In this document: one piece after another, positions 10,546-21,107 of the stretch
Numbering within the stretch: the stretch's first letter is position 1
Layout of the letters: each line of letters begins with the position of its first letter
Translations under genes and position numbers: made by a program
The notes under the pieces: generated by a model
Told to the model about the DNA's origin: nothing
The model's input: only the letters and a program-made list of their open reading frames with translations
Database searches by the model: none
Assembly: GCF_048269915.1 (NCBI RefSeq)
Contig: NZ_JBLWTY010000002.1
Location: 272,449-336,448, forward strand
Direction: 5' to 3'
DNA length: 64,000 bases
Origin: Parasphingorhabdus sp.
GTDB taxonomy: Bacteria > Pseudomonadota > Alphaproteobacteria > Sphingomonadales > Sphingomonadaceae

Positions 10546-11929
10546 GGCAACCGTAGTCTGGTTCCGCCGGGACCTTCGCCTTTCCGATCAGGCAGCTGTG
10601 ATAGCCGCCGCATCAAACGGCCCCGTCATTCCGGTCTATATTCTCGACGATGAAACGCCGAAACACCGCATCATGGGCGGGGCTTCGCGCTGGTGGTTGC
10701 ACCGGTCATTGGAAGAATTGGAAGCATGTTTAAAGAATCTGGGGTCGCGGCTGATCCTCCGGAAGGGGCCGGCTTCGGAGCATTTGGCCGAAATTGTCAA
10801 ATCGAGCGGCGCGGACGAAGTGCATGCGCTGCATCATTACGAGCCATGGTGGCGCAATGCCGAACGAATGTTGGAAAAATCCCTCGGCGATCAGGCGCAG
10901 TTGATCCTGCATGATGGCAACTATCTGCTGCCGCCGGGTACGGTGACCACCGGGTCGGGCACACCTTACAAGATTTACACACCCTTCTGGAAGGCGCTGC
11001 GCCAGCATATGCCGCCGGGAGAGCCGGCTGCAGCGCCGGATAGTTTCGATACCCCGGATAGCTGGCCGGATAGCGATGCGCTGGATGATTGGGACCTGTT
11101 GCCGACCAAACCGGACTGGGCCGCAGCTTTTAACGACCACTGGCAGCCGGGGAGCGCCGGAGCGGAAGCCAATCTCGAGGATTTCGCCGACAAGGCGGCG
11201 GAATATGACGAAGGTCGAAACCTGCCTTCGGAAGAACTGGTGTCGCGCCTGTCGCCGCATCTCCATTTCGGCGAGATCAGCCCGGCGACCGTCTGGAACC
11301 GGCTGGCGGGGCAGGGGAGCAAGGTCGAGACCTTCCTCAAGGAGCTGGTCTGGCGCGATTATGCGCAGAATGTGATCGATCAATTCCCGCAATATGGCGG
11401 GGAGAGCTATCGCGAGAAAATGCGCGCTCTGCCGTGGCGCGATATGGGCGATGCTGATGTCAAAGCAGACTTCAAGGCTTGGTGTCAGGGGAAGACCGGT
11501 TATCCGATTGTCGATGCCGGGATGCGCGAACTATGGGCAACCGGCTGGATGCACAATCGCGTGCGGATGATCGCGGCGAGTTTCCTGATCAAGCATCTGC
11601 TGGTCGACTGGCGCGCGGGCGAGCAATGGTTCTGGGACACATTGGTCGATGCCGATTACGCCTCGAACAGCGTCAACTGGCAATGGGTGTCGGGCACCGG
11701 TGTCGACAGCAATATGTTCGTGCGGATCATGGCGCCGCTCAGCCAGTCGGAAAAATTCGATGCCGGGGATTATATCCGCCGGTGGGTTCCCGAACTGGCC
11801 GATATTGACGATCCCTATGTCCATGATCCGGAAGAGCATGGGTGCAAGCCGGCGGATTATCCGACAAAGATCATCGGGCATAGGGAGGCACGTGCGAGGG
11901 CTCTGGCGGCCTATCAGGAGACAAAATAA
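10538..11929 (+). CDS. phrB: Deoxyribodipyrimidine photolyase (cryptochrome/photolyase family)
   Basis: ATG 10538 ([18 protein letters not shown]). [25 protein letters not shown] and NWQWVSGTG are FAD-binding domain signatures. Confidence 0.92.
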   Translation: MNKATVVWFRRDLRLSDQAAVIAAASNGPVIPVYILDDETPKHRIMGGASRWWLHRSLEELEACLKNLGSRLILRKGPASEHLAEIVKSSGADEVHALHHYEPWWRNAERMLEKSLGDQAQLILHDGNYLLPPGTVTTGSGTPYKIYTPFWKALRQHMPPGEPAAAPDSFDTPDSWPDSDALDDWDLLPTKPDWAAAFNDHWQPGSAGAEANLEDFADKAAEYDEGRNLPSEELVSRLSPHLHFGEISPATVWNRLAGQGSKVETFLKELVWRDYAQNVIDQFPQYGGESYREKMRALPWRDMGDADVKADFKAWCQGKTGYPIVDAGMRELWATGWMHNRVRMIAASFLIKHLLVDWRAGEQWFWDTLVDADYASNSVNWQWVSGTGVDSNMFVRIMAPLSQSEKFDAGDYIRRWVPELADIDDPYVHDPEEHGCKPADYPTKIIGHREARARALAAYQETK

Positions 11930-12714
11930 TGGCGGATCGGATGGGCGGAAAATTCTGTGTGGTGACCGGCGCGGCGCGCGGGATCGGCAAGGCGATTGCC
12001 AGGGCCTTTGTTGACGAAGGGGCGACGGTTCTTCTGACCGACTGCGATCCCGAGACATTGATGGCGGCTGGCGAGGAACTGCATTGCGACACGTTGGTGC
12101 TGGACGTGGAGAAGGAAGCGGACTGGGAGCGGCTCGCGGCCTTGCACCCGGCTGCCGATGTCGTGGTCAACAATGCGGGCGTGACCGGTTTCGAACAGGG
12201 CGTCCGTCCACATGACCCCGAAAATGCCTCGCTGGAAGACTGGCGGGCGGTGCACCGCGTCAATCTCGACGGCACTTTTCTCGGTTGTCGCTATGCGATC
12301 AAGGCGATGAAGGACAAGGGCAGCGGGTCGATTATCAATATCTCGTCGCGTTCCGGGCTGGTCGGTATTCCGGGCGCAGCCGCCTATGCCTCGTCCAAGG
12401 CCGCGATTCGCAATCACAGCAAATCGGTAGCGCTCTATTGCGCGCAACAGGGCTGGGAAATCCGCTGCAATTCGATTCATCCGGCCGCGATCATGACGCC
12501 GATGTGGGAGCCGATGCTCGGAGAAGGCGAGGCCCGGGCGGAATCCGAAAAGGCGCTGGTCCGCGACACGCCGCTGCAGCGGTTCGGCAAGGACAGCGAA
12601 GTGGCGGCGATCGCGGTGCTGCTGGCGTCTGATGAAGCGGGCTATATTACCGGATCGGAGCTCAATATTGACGGTGGCGTATTGGCCGGGTCTGCCGCCG
12701 CGCCGGGATCGTAA
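11929..12714 (+). CDS. SDR-family oxidoreductase
   Basis: [12 protein letters not shown] (NAD(P) site), NNAG and YASSKAA (catalytic Tyr/Lys). The start overlaps the phrB stop. Confidence 0.88.
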   Translation: MADRMGGKFCVVTGAARGIGKAIARAFVDEGATVLLTDCDPETLMAAGEELHCDTLVLDVEKEADWERLAALHPAADVVVNNAGVTGFEQGVRPHDPENASLEDWRAVHRVNLDGTFLGCRYAIKAMKDKGSGSIINISSRSGLVGIPGAAAYASSKAAIRNHSKSVALYCAQQGWEIRCNSIHPAAIMTPMWEPMLGEGEARAESEKALVRDTPLQRFGKDSEVAAIAVLLASDEAGYITGSELNIDGGVLAGSAAAPGS

Positions 12715-12763
12715 TCCGGACGAAGGTTCGGCGTTGCCAAGCGCTTGGCGCTGGTCCATATTT

Positions 12764-14014
12764 ATGCGCATGAACGTCGAAGCACCCAAACGCGGACAAC
12801 ATCTGCTTGATGCGCGCAAGCGCTTCGCCACCGGGGGCGGTTTTTTTGCGCGCCTGTTCGCACCCGGCTTTCATCATATTCTCGACCGGATCGACGCCGG
12901 GCTGGATCACGGCACATTTGAAGGCAAATTGCCCGATGGCACTACCCGGGTTTTGGGCGGACGCGGCGAAGGGCCGATGGCGGAAGTTACGCTATACAGC
13001 TGGAACGCACTCTTGCGGCTGATTAACAGCGGTTCGGTCGGCTGGTACCGGGCATGGGAACTGGGCGAGTGGGACAGTCCGGATCTGGTGCCGGTGTTTG
13101 ACCTGTTTACCCGCAATCGCAACGGGCTGAAAAACACCGGTCGCGCTTCGGGCTTTTTTAACTGGGTGGCAAGGCGACGGCACAAGAAGCGTGACAATGA
13201 CAAGCGGCGCGCCCGGCAGAATATCCAGTATCATTATGACCTCGGCAATGATTTCTACCGGCTCTGGCTGGATGAAAGCATGAGCTATTCCAGCGCCATT
13301 TTTACCGGCGAGACCGACAGTCTGGAGCAGGCGCAGCGCAACAAGGTCGAGGCGATTGCACAGCGTCTGGCGACCGGGGCTGGCGACAATGTGCTGGAGA
13401 TCGGTTGCGGCTGGGGCACTTTATCGGGCCACCTCGCGCGTGATCATAGTCTCGCGGTGACCGGTATCTCACTCTCCGACCAACAGACGGCCTGGGCCAG
13501 AGAGCATCATCCCGAAGCGCATTTTCTGATCCAGGATTACCGCGATGTTGACGGCCAATATGATGCCATTGCCAGCGTCGAAATGGTGGAGGCGGTGGGC
13601 CAGCAATATTGGCCCGATTTTCTGGACTGTATCGCCCGCAATCTGAAGCCAGGCGGTCGTGCGGCCCTGCAATATATCACCATTGCCGACGATATATTCG
13701 AACAATATGCGACCAGCGCGGACTTCATCCAGACCTATATTTTCCCCGGCGGCATGCTGCTGTCGGAAAGCCGCTTCCGGAAACTGGCGGAGGCCCGAGG
13801 GCTGCAATGGACCGACCAGAAGAATTTTGGTCTCGATTATGCGCGGACGCTGAAAATCTGGCGCGAGCGGTTTGACGAGGCGGTCGAGCAAGGCAGCCTG
13901 CCGGCAGGGTTTGACGAAAGATTCGTCCGGCTGTGGCGCTTCTATCTGGCCTATTGCGAAGGTGGATTTCGCGGCGGTGGCATCAATGTCGCGCAGGTTA
14001 CATTGATAAAATAA
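12764..14014 (+). CDS. cfa: Cyclopropane-fatty-acyl-phospholipid synthase-family SAM methyltransferase
   Basis: ATG 12764 is preferred because the track start at 12632 overlaps the SDR gene. HYDLGNDFY, VLEIGCGWG and FYLAYCEGGFR. Confidence 0.88.
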   Translation: MRMNVEAPKRGQHLLDARKRFATGGGFFARLFAPGFHHILDRIDAGLDHGTFEGKLPDGTTRVLGGRGEGPMAEVTLYSWNALLRLINSGSVGWYRAWELGEWDSPDLVPVFDLFTRNRNGLKNTGRASGFFNWVARRRHKKRDNDKRRARQNIQYHYDLGNDFYRLWLDESMSYSSAIFTGETDSLEQAQRNKVEAIAQRLATGAGDNVLEIGCGWGTLSGHLARDHSLAVTGISLSDQQTAWAREHHPEAHFLIQDYRDVDGQYDAIASVEMVEAVGQQYWPDFLDCIARNLKPGGRAALQYITIADDIFEQYATSADFIQTYIFPGGMLLSESRFRKLAEARGLQWTDQKNFGLDYARTLKIWRERFDEAVEQGSLPAGFDERFVRLWRFYLAYCEGGFRGGGINVAQVTLIK

Positions 14015-14035
14015 AGAAAATATAAGGGAGAGCGG

Positions 14036-15241
14036 ATGATGAGAATATTGGGGACACTGGCGTTGCTGGGCGTCAGCTGCCTGAGCCTAACGGCGTGCGA
14101 GCAGGTGCAGAAAGTGGCGGCCGATGCAGTCGGTCTGCCGACCGACAAGAATATCCTGTTCTGGACCGATCCGCAGCGGGACAAGGCGTTCCGGATGATG
14201 GACACATTGGTGCCGTCCAACACCATCGCCGCTGGCGACAACCCCAAGGTTCTGGAAACAGGCAAGATGTTACCGGACAGCTTTGAGGTCGCAGGCCAAG
14301 CCTTGTCGATCGACGACTATATGGAACAGCAAAGACTGGCCGGGATGGTCATTTTGCAGGACGGCAAAATCCGCAAGGAAGAATATCGCCGCGATTTTGA
14401 CAAGGATGGTCGATGGACATCTTTCTCGGTCGCCAAATCGCTGGTCTCGACTCTGGTCGGCGCGGCGATCAAGGATGGATATATCAAGTCGATCGACGAT
14501 CCGCTGACCGCCTATATCCCGGAACTGAAGGGCAGCGGCTATGACGGGGTGACGGTATTGCAGCTGTTGACCATGACATCCGGCGTGAAGTGGAACGAGG
14601 ATTATGCCGATCCGAAATCGGATGTGGCCCTGTTCAACAACACCAAGCCGGTTGACGGTATGGATCCGATCATCGTCTATATGAAGACGCTGAAGAATGA
14701 AGCGACACCGGGCACGCGCTGGCAATATAATACCGGCGAGACCAATTTGATCGGTGTCCTTGTGGCCAAGGCAACAGGTAAGACATTATCTGAATATCTG
14801 TCTGAAAAGGTCTGGAAACCTTATGGAATGGGGCAGGATGCGGAATGGCTGCTCAATGAAGGCGGCAAGGAAATTGGCGGCTGCTGCATCTCGGCAACTG
14901 TTCGTGACTATGCGCTGTTCGGGCAGTTCGCGATGAATGGCGGCAAGATCGGCGGGACCTCCGTGGTGCCCGATGGCTGGTTTGACAAGGGTGGTACAAA
15001 GCAGGCGGATATCGGGATTCCCGGTCGCGGCTATGGCTATCAGTGGTGGACTTTTGATGACGGCAGTTTCGCAGCGCAGGGAATTTTCGGTCAGGGTATC
15101 TTTATCGATCCGGCGCACAAGCTGGTTATCGCAACCAATGGCAACTGGCCGAGCGCATCACCCGATGATAAAAAGAACCAACGGATCGCATTTTTCGAAG
15201 CGGTTAAAAAATATGTGGCTGCAGAGCCGCCGGTCAGCTGA
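14036..15241 (+). CDS. Serine hydrolase, class C beta-lactamase/esterase fold; lipoprotein
   Basis: RBS AGGGAGAG lies before ATG 14036. Lipobox LSLTAC and SxxK motif SVAKS. Confidence 0.85.
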   Translation: MMRILGTLALLGVSCLSLTACEQVQKVAADAVGLPTDKNILFWTDPQRDKAFRMMDTLVPSNTIAAGDNPKVLETGKMLPDSFEVAGQALSIDDYMEQQRLAGMVILQDGKIRKEEYRRDFDKDGRWTSFSVAKSLVSTLVGAAIKDGYIKSIDDPLTAYIPELKGSGYDGVTVLQLLTMTSGVKWNEDYADPKSDVALFNNTKPVDGMDPIIVYMKTLKNEATPGTRWQYNTGETNLIGVLVAKATGKTLSEYLSEKVWKPYGMGQDAEWLLNEGGKEIGGCCISATVRDYALFGQFAMNGGKIGGTSVVPDGWFDKGGTKQADIGIPGRGYGYQWWTFDDGSFAAQGIFGQGIFIDPAHKLVIATNGNWPSASPDDKKNQRIAFFEAVKKYVAAEPPVS

Positions 15242-15935
15242 TCTGGAAATGCTCGCCGGTTTCGAAATCGCTGGCGAGGATTTCAACCAGCCGGTCGGCG
15301 ACGGCCGATGGCGGCTTGACGCTTTCCGGATCTTCGCCCGGATAGGCTTTTGCGCGCATTTCGGTGCGGGTCCGGCCGGGATCGACAATCGCCGTGCGAA
15401 TCTTGCCCAAATTGCGCATTTCTTCACCATAGCTGAGTACAAGTGTCTCCAGCGCGGCCTTTGACGCTCCATAAGCGCCCCAAAATGCGCGGGGCTTGCG
15501 TGCGACGCTGCTGGTTATGGCGAGAACCCGGGCGTTGTCGCTCTTGCGCAGCATCGGGTCAAATCCCGCAATCAGTGCCTGTTGTGCGATCAGGTTGAGG
15601 GTGAGAAGCTTGTTGAATTCCTGACCATCAATGGCCGGAACCGGTCCCAACGTTCCCAGCATTGCAGCGTTGAGAACGAGAATATCGAGCCCGTCCCAGC
15701 GTCCGGCGATGGCCGTGGCAAGGCGGCCGATACTGTCGCCATCGGTCAGGTCGAGCGGCGCGATTGTCGCGTTGCCCCCGGCCCGATGGATTTCCTCTTC
15801 GATCTTTTCCAGGCCATCCGCGTTGCGCGCGGTGATGACGACATGGGCGCCTTCTTTGGCGAGTGCCAGTGCCGTTGCGGCGCCAATTCCCTGACTTGCG
15901 CCGGTCACCAGCGCCAGTTGCCCTTCAAATTTCAT
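15234..15935 (-). CDS. SDR-family oxidoreductase
   Basis: VTGASQGIGAA and YGASKAA. Lies 2 nt downstream of purF on the same strand. Its 3' end overlaps the convergent hydrolase gene by 8 nt. Confidence 0.88.
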   Translation of the reverse strand: MKFEGQLALVTGASQGIGAATALALAKEGAHVVITARNADGLEKIEEEIHRAGGNATIAPLDLTDGDSIGRLATAIAGRWDGLDILVLNAAMLGTLGPVPAIDGQEFNKLLTLNLIAQQALIAGFDPMLRKSDNARVLAITSSVARKPRAFWGAYGASKAALETLVLSYGEEMRNLGKIRTAIVDPGRTRTEMRAKAYPGEDPESVKPPSAVADRLVEILASDFETGEHFQIS

Positions 15936-15937
15936 GA

Positions 15938-17461
15938 TCAGTTCGCCGTTTGCTTGATCCGCGGAAGATCACCCGATGGTTCATTGTCGCGAGCCGACCC
16001 CTTTGAATCGATTCGTTCGTTGAGCATGGTCAGCTGATCGGGCTCTTCTGCGCCATCGCGGTCGGTGAGTGTAGTCGGATAGGCACCGGTGAAACAGGCA
16101 TCGCAATATTGCGGCTGGATATCATGGCGGGTTTCTTCGCCCGCTGCCCGGTAGAGGCCTTCGATCGAGACGAAGGCAAGGCTGTCCGCCTGGATGAATT
16201 CACGCATTTCCTCGATCGATTTTCGGGCGGCAAGCAGCTTCTCGCGTCTTGGCGTGTTCACGCCGTAGAAACAGCTGTGCATCGTCGGCGGGCTGGCGAT
16301 CCGCATATGGACCTCGGCCGCGCCCGCTTCGCGCATCATCTGGACAATTTTCAGGCTGGTCGTACCGCGCACGATCGAATCATCCACCAGCACGATTTTC
16401 TTGCCGTTAACCAGCGGGCGGTTGGCATTATGCTTGAGCTTGACGCCAAGATGGCGGACCCCGTCACCCGGCTGGATGAACGTCCGCCCGACATAGTGAG
16501 ACCGGATGATGCCCAGTTCGAACGGGATTCCCGACCCTTCGGCAAATCCGAGTGCCGCGGGGGTGCCGCTGTCCGGAACCGGGATCACAATATCTGCATC
16601 GACCGGGCTTTCGATCGCCAGTTGCGCGCCGATTCCCTTGCGGACGCTGTAAACCGAACAGCCGTCGACAATCGAATCGGGACGGGAAAAATAGACCTGC
16701 TCGAAGATGCAGGGGCGGGCCTGGGCATTGGCAAAGGGGCGATGGGACCGCAGTTCACCGTTGGTGACGACGATGAGTTCGCCGGGTTCCACGCTGCGGA
16801 CATATTCCGCGCCGACGAGGTCAAGTGCGACGGTTTCGGATGCAAAGACATAGGCTTCGCCGATTCGGCCCATGACCAGCGGCCGGATACCCAGCGGATC
16901 GCGGCAGGCAATCATCCCTTCGGCGGTCATGCAGATCAGCGAATAGGCACCTTCGACCTGCTTCAGCGCGTCGATAAACTTGTCGAGCAAGGTCCGATAT
17001 TTGGAGGTCGCAACCAAATGGATGATGACCTCGGTATCGCTGGTCGACTGGAAGATCGAACCCTGACGGACAAGTTTTTCGCGTATCGCCAAGGCGTTGG
17101 AAATATTGCCATTATGGGCAATTGCAAAACCGCCGGATGCAAGATCCGCCTCAAGCGGCTGGACATTGCGCAAAGTGCCTGCACCGGTGGTCGAATAGCG
17201 GACATGACCACAAGCCGAATCGCCGCGCAGGCGGTCGATTACTTCTTCGCTGTCGAAATTGCCGGCCACCGGGCCCAGTGCACGATGGCTGTAAAATTCC
17301 TTGCCGTTGCGGCAGGTGATGCCTGCGGCTTCCTGTCCGCGATGCTGGAGAGCATGGAGGCCGAGTGCCACCATGGCGGCAGCATCTTCACTGCCGGCGA
17401 TTCCAAAAACGCCACACTCTTCCCGCAGCTTGTCGTCATCAAACGGGTGGGTTGTCAGCAT
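15938..17461 (-). CDS. purF: Amidophosphoribosyltransferase
   Basis: Propeptide then CGVFGI (N-terminal nucleophile Cys) and PRPP loop VLVDDSIVRGTT. Confidence 0.96.
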   Translation of the reverse strand: MLTTHPFDDDKLREECGVFGIAGSEDAAAMVALGLHALQHRGQEAAGITCRNGKEFYSHRALGPVAGNFDSEEVIDRLRGDSACGHVRYSTTGAGTLRNVQPLEADLASGGFAIAHNGNISNALAIREKLVRQGSIFQSTSDTEVIIHLVATSKYRTLLDKFIDALKQVEGAYSLICMTAEGMIACRDPLGIRPLVMGRIGEAYVFASETVALDLVGAEYVRSVEPGELIVVTNGELRSHRPFANAQARPCIFEQVYFSRPDSIVDGCSVYSVRKGIGAQLAIESPVDADIVIPVPDSGTPAALGFAEGSGIPFELGIIRSHYVGRTFIQPGDGVRHLGVKLKHNANRPLVNGKKIVLVDDSIVRGTTSLKIVQMMREAGAAEVHMRIASPPTMHSCFYGVNTPRREKLLAARKSIEEMREFIQADSLAFVSIEGLYRAAGEETRHDIQPQYCDACFTGAYPTTLTDRDGAEEPDQLTMLNERIDSKGSARDNEPSGDLPRIKQTAN

Positions 17462-17637
17462 ATCTCACCTGGCTCGTAAATGGTCGTGCGGGGATGTCAG
17501 CCATATAGGTTTGAAACCATGCTTTGTCTGCCCCCAATGTCATAAAATCATCATATTGCATGGATGATCAGGCCTTTGCCTGATCTATCGCGCTATTTGC
17601 CGTTGCGCGGGATCGGATCGGGTCCTAGTTCATCGCT

Positions 17638-18009
17638 ATGACCGATAGAGAAAATGACCCTGAAACCGGCAGCCGGCTTCAACCGAAATATGATTCGAAT
17701 GGCTTGATTGCTGCGGTCGTCAGCGATGATTCGTCCGGTGAACTGCTGATGCTGGCCTATATGAACGCGGAAGCATTGCAGCGGACGCAGGATAGCGGTG
17801 TGGCCCATTTTTATTCCCGCAGCCGGCAGCGACTTTGGAAGAAAGGCGAAACGTCGGGCAATATTCTGACGGTGACCGAGATGCGCATAGATTGCGATCA
17901 GGATGCGGTGTGGATCAAGGCAGTACCAGCGGGTCCTGCCTGTCATACCGGCCAGAATAGCTGTTTCTACCGCAAAATTATATCCGGAAAGCTGGAGTTG
18001 ATTGAGTGA
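17638..18009 (+). CDS. hisI: Phosphoribosyl-AMP cyclohydrolase (monofunctional)
   Basis: [18 protein letters not shown] and [11 protein letters not shown]. Confidence 0.92.
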   Translation: MTDRENDPETGSRLQPKYDSNGLIAAVVSDDSSGELLMLAYMNAEALQRTQDSGVAHFYSRSRQRLWKKGETSGNILTVTEMRIDCDQDAVWIKAVPAGPACHTGQNSCFYRKIISGKLELIE

Positions 18010-18530
18010 GCCGAACGGTTTTGCTGCTTCTGTTCCTGTTGCTGGCGGGTTGTGATCAGGGGCAGGGGGGCGCTGAGGATTCAACCGCAAAGCTGTCATC
18101 GCTGGAACAGGCTGCGATTGATGCGGGGGTTATTCCCGATGTTCGGAAAGTTACGCTTTCAGGCGCTTTTGAACGGAAAAGTGATCTGGGAACCGACCGG
18201 TTTTGCGCCGTGGGCAATGATGAAAATGGTTACCAGATCGGAATGATCGCACTGTTTGGATCCGGCAGCAAATGTGAGGGGTTGGGCGAAGCGGAACGCA
18301 GCGGAGAAAATGTCCGAATCACCCTCAACAGCGAAGAGAAGTGCAGCTTCACCGCGCGTTTTGATGGAGTGGAACTGAAATTGCCCGGCGGCCTGCCGGA
18401 GGGCTGTGCCAGCTATTGCAGCCCGCGCGCCGGTTTCGAAGGCGTCAGCTTTTATCTGATCGGGGAAGGTGACGCGGTCGCCCGGTCAACGGGCGGCCAG
18501 GATTTTGAAAACCTGTGTCCCGGCGGTTAG
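18006..18530 (+). CDS. Hypothetical Cys-rich lipoprotein
   Basis: The GTG start overlaps the hisI stop. Lipobox LLLAGC. No family recognised. Confidence 0.7.
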   Translation: MSRTVLLLLFLLLAGCDQGQGGAEDSTAKLSSLEQAAIDAGVIPDVRKVTLSGAFERKSDLGTDRFCAVGNDENGYQIGMIALFGSGSKCEGLGEAERSGENVRITLNSEEKCSFTARFDGVELKLPGGLPEGCASYCSPRAGFEGVSFYLIGEGDAVARSTGGQDFENLCPGG

Positions 18531-18532
18531 CA

Positions 18533-18561
18533 TTGACGTTTACGTTAGCGTAAGCTATAGA
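18533..18561 (+). promoter_or_regulatory. Sigma70-like promoter TTGACG-N17-TATAGA with an inverted repeat (TTACG-N4-CGTAA) in the spacer
   Basis: TTGACG at 18533-18538 and TATAGA at 18556-18561. The spacer tttacgttagcgtaagc holds the palindrome. The MerR ATG is only 7 nt past the -10 hexamer. Confidence 0.5.
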
Positions 18562-18567
18562 CCAGGC

Positions 18568-19005
18568 ATGTCGCAATCGCCAAGCCACGCCGAAATTGAC
18601 ACGCCCGATCTTCAGAATCGGGAAACCTATACGATATCTGACCTGTCGGAAGAATTTGGCGTAACCGCCCGTGCCCTGCGTTTTTACGAGGATGAGGGGC
18701 TTATCGCCCCGCACCGAAAAGGCCTGTCCCGGGTCTATACCAAACGTGACCGGGCGCGGCTCGCATGGATCATGCGCGCGAAAAACGTCGGGTTCAGCCT
18801 GACTGAAATTCGTGATATGATTGACCTTTACGATCTGGGCGACGGTCGCAAGACACAGATGCAGGTCACGGTCGAAAAATGTCAGGAAAAGGTTGATACG
18901 CTGAAGAAACAGCGAACCGACATTGACAGCTCGATCAAGGAGCTGACCAGTTTCATAAAGACTGTGCAGGACGCCATGGCGGACGTAAAAGCGCAGCGTC
19001 AATAG
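18568..19005 (+). CDS. MerR-family transcriptional regulator (LiuR-like context)
   Basis: ATG 18568. HTH YTISDLSEEFGVTARALRFYEDEGLI and a C-terminal coiled coil. Lies upstream of an acyl-CoA dehydrogenase gene. Confidence 0.88.
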   Translation: MSQSPSHAEIDTPDLQNRETYTISDLSEEFGVTARALRFYEDEGLIAPHRKGLSRVYTKRDRARLAWIMRAKNVGFSLTEIRDMIDLYDLGDGRKTQMQVTVEKCQEKVDTLKKQRTDIDSSIKELTSFIKTVQDAMADVKAQRQ

Positions 19006-19061
19006 AGGATAGACGCCGGTAATATCCGGTAGCCCCCATTTTGAGCAGAAAGTAGAAAATC

Positions 19062-20864
19062 ATGCCCAGTTATACCGCGCCGATTGGCGAAGTCCGTTTC
19101 ATTCTCAACGAAGTCCTCAATCTTGAACAATATGCAAATCTCCCCGGCTTTGAAAATGCGACGCCGGAAATGGTCGAGGCGATCCTGACCGAGGCGGGGA
19201 AATTTTCTGCCGAGGTGCTCCATCCGCTCAACCAGTCCGGTGATGAAGAAGGCTGTACCCGGCACGAAGATGGCAGTGTTACCACGCCAACGGGTTTCAA
19301 AGAGGCCTATCAGCAGCTTACGGATGGCGGTTGGACGACATTGTCATCTCCCGAAGAATTCGGTGGTCAGGGCTTGCCGCGTGTGGTGGGCAATGCGGTC
19401 ATGGAATTTATGGTTTCGGCCAATCAGGCGCTGGAAATGTACTCCGGCCTGACTCAAGGCGCCATTGCTTCCATCCTTACAGAAGGTAGCGAAGAGCAAA
19501 AGCAGGTCTATGCCACCCAGATGATTTCCGGCAAATGGACCGGAACAATGAACCTCACCGAAGCGCATTGCGGTACTGATCTGGGTCTCATCCGGACCAA
19601 GGCGGAACCCATGCCCGGTGGCAGCTATGCCATCACCGGCCAGAAGATTTTCATTTCGGCCGGCGAGCATGACATGGCGGAAAATATCATCCACCTTGTT
19701 TTGGCGAAGACACCGGGCGCTCCTGATAGCTCCAAAGGTATCTCGCTCTTCATCGTACCAAAATTTCTCGTCAATGATGATGGATCCCTGGGCGAGCGCA
19801 ATGGCGTGAGCTGCGGTTCGATCGAGGAAAAAATGGGTATCCACGGCAACGCAACCTGCGTGATGAACTATGATGGTGCCACCGGATATATGGTCGGGGA
19901 AGAGAATAAAGGCTTGCGCGCGATGTTCATCATGATGAACGCGGCGCGTCTGGGTGTTGGCCTGCAAGGTCTTGCCCAGGGCGAAATCGCCTATCAAAAT
20001 GCCGTGATCTATGCCGGTGACCGGCGTCAGGGCAGGGCGTTGACCGGCGCGCAGGATCCGGATGAAAAGGCGGATACGCTGTTCGTCCATCCCGATGTCC
20101 GGCGGATGTTGATGGATGGCAAGGCATTTACCGAATCGATGCGCGGTCTGGTTCTGTGGGGTGCGTTGCAGGTTGATCTGGCGGACAAGGCTGAAACCGA
20201 GGAAGATCGCCAACTGGCCAATGACCTGGTGAGCCTGCTCACACCCGTCGTCAAGGGATACGGGACCTATATGGGCTATCAGATCGCGACGGAATCGCAG
20301 CAGGTTTACGGCGGCCATGGCTATATCAAGGAATGGGGCATGGAACAGTTCGTCCGCGATGCCCGGATTGCCATGATCTACGAGGGTACCAACGGTGTCC
20401 AGGCGATGGACCTTGTCGGACGCAAGCTTGGCCAGAATGGTGGCCGAGCGGTCCAGGCTTTCTTCAAGGTGATTGCCGACGAGATTGCCGAGGCAAAGAG
20501 CCACGAAAAACTGTCCGGATTTGCCGAAGCATTTGAAAAAGCCAACGGCGAGTTGCAGAAAGCGACGATGTGGCTCATGCAGAACGGGATGGCCAATCCG
20601 AACAATGCCGGTGCCGGTGCCTATCATTATATGCATATCATGGGCATTGTTTCGCTTGGCTTGATGTGGTTGCGGATGAGCAAGGCTGCGCAGGCTGCTC
20701 TTGATGCCGGTACGGACAATCCGAAATATTACGAAGCGAAGCTGGTTACCGCACAATATTTTGCCGAGCGCTTCATGCCCGATGCGGGATCGCTTCGTCG
20801 CAAGATTGAAGGCGGTAGCGACGCAATCATGGCGCTGGATCCGGATATGTTCGCGGTTGCCTGA
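19062..20864 (+). CDS. Long-form acyl-CoA dehydrogenase
   Basis: 600 aa with [13 protein letters not shown] and [17 protein letters not shown], plus a C-terminal extension domain. Confidence 0.9.
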   Translation: MPSYTAPIGEVRFILNEVLNLEQYANLPGFENATPEMVEAILTEAGKFSAEVLHPLNQSGDEEGCTRHEDGSVTTPTGFKEAYQQLTDGGWTTLSSPEEFGGQGLPRVVGNAVMEFMVSANQALEMYSGLTQGAIASILTEGSEEQKQVYATQMISGKWTGTMNLTEAHCGTDLGLIRTKAEPMPGGSYAITGQKIFISAGEHDMAENIIHLVLAKTPGAPDSSKGISLFIVPKFLVNDDGSLGERNGVSCGSIEEKMGIHGNATCVMNYDGATGYMVGEENKGLRAMFIMMNAARLGVGLQGLAQGEIAYQNAVIYAGDRRQGRALTGAQDPDEKADTLFVHPDVRRMLMDGKAFTESMRGLVLWGALQVDLADKAETEEDRQLANDLVSLLTPVVKGYGTYMGYQIATESQQVYGGHGYIKEWGMEQFVRDARIAMIYEGTNGVQAMDLVGRKLGQNGGRAVQAFFKVIADEIAEAKSHEKLSGFAEAFEKANGELQKATMWLMQNGMANPNNAGAGAYHYMHIMGIVSLGLMWLRMSKAAQAALDAGTDNPKYYEAKLVTAQYFAERFMPDAGSLRRKIEGGSDAIMALDPDMFAVA

Positions 20865-20930
20865 AATATTTGATCAGAGGGACATATGTTGTTCCGTCTG
20901 GTGCAAGGCTGCTTCCCAGCATAACGAGAT

Positions 20931-20965
20931 TTCGCCGATCATCCTGTTTCAGGATGGTCGGCGAA
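20931..20965 (+). terminator. 15-bp stem hairpin downstream of the acyl-CoA dehydrogenase gene (no U tract)
   Basis: ttcgccgatcatcct / gtttc / aggatggtcggcgaa pair at 14 of 15 positions. The loop core tgtttcagga resembles the family A repeat. Confidence 0.4.
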
Positions 20966-21107
20966 TGGAGCCTGTTGTCGGATAAACGCGTTAAATCCGC
21001 CGCTTGGCGCCTATTTCGTGCATATGGTCGAAGGGCGCTGGATCGCACGGGGCGATTGAGCCATCACGTTCGGGACAGGGGAATGATAAGCATAAGGAGT
21101 ATATGCA

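Noticed and set aside
16109-17479. 456-aa ORF antisense to purF. Similar long antisense ORFs occur at 36095-37768 (557 aa, opposite trpB/trpF), 50714-52420 (568 aa, opposite uvrC), 19344-20756, 60137-61333, 29791-30942, 11914-12831, 33784-34683, 25459-26409, 6992-7912, 8479-9345 and 48073-48978.
   Set aside because: Each lies opposite a gene with unmistakable family motifs. Their translations are Arg/Ala/Gly/Pro-rich low-complexity strings with no recognisable motifs. This is the expected stop-codon-poor antisense frame of GC-rich coding DNA.
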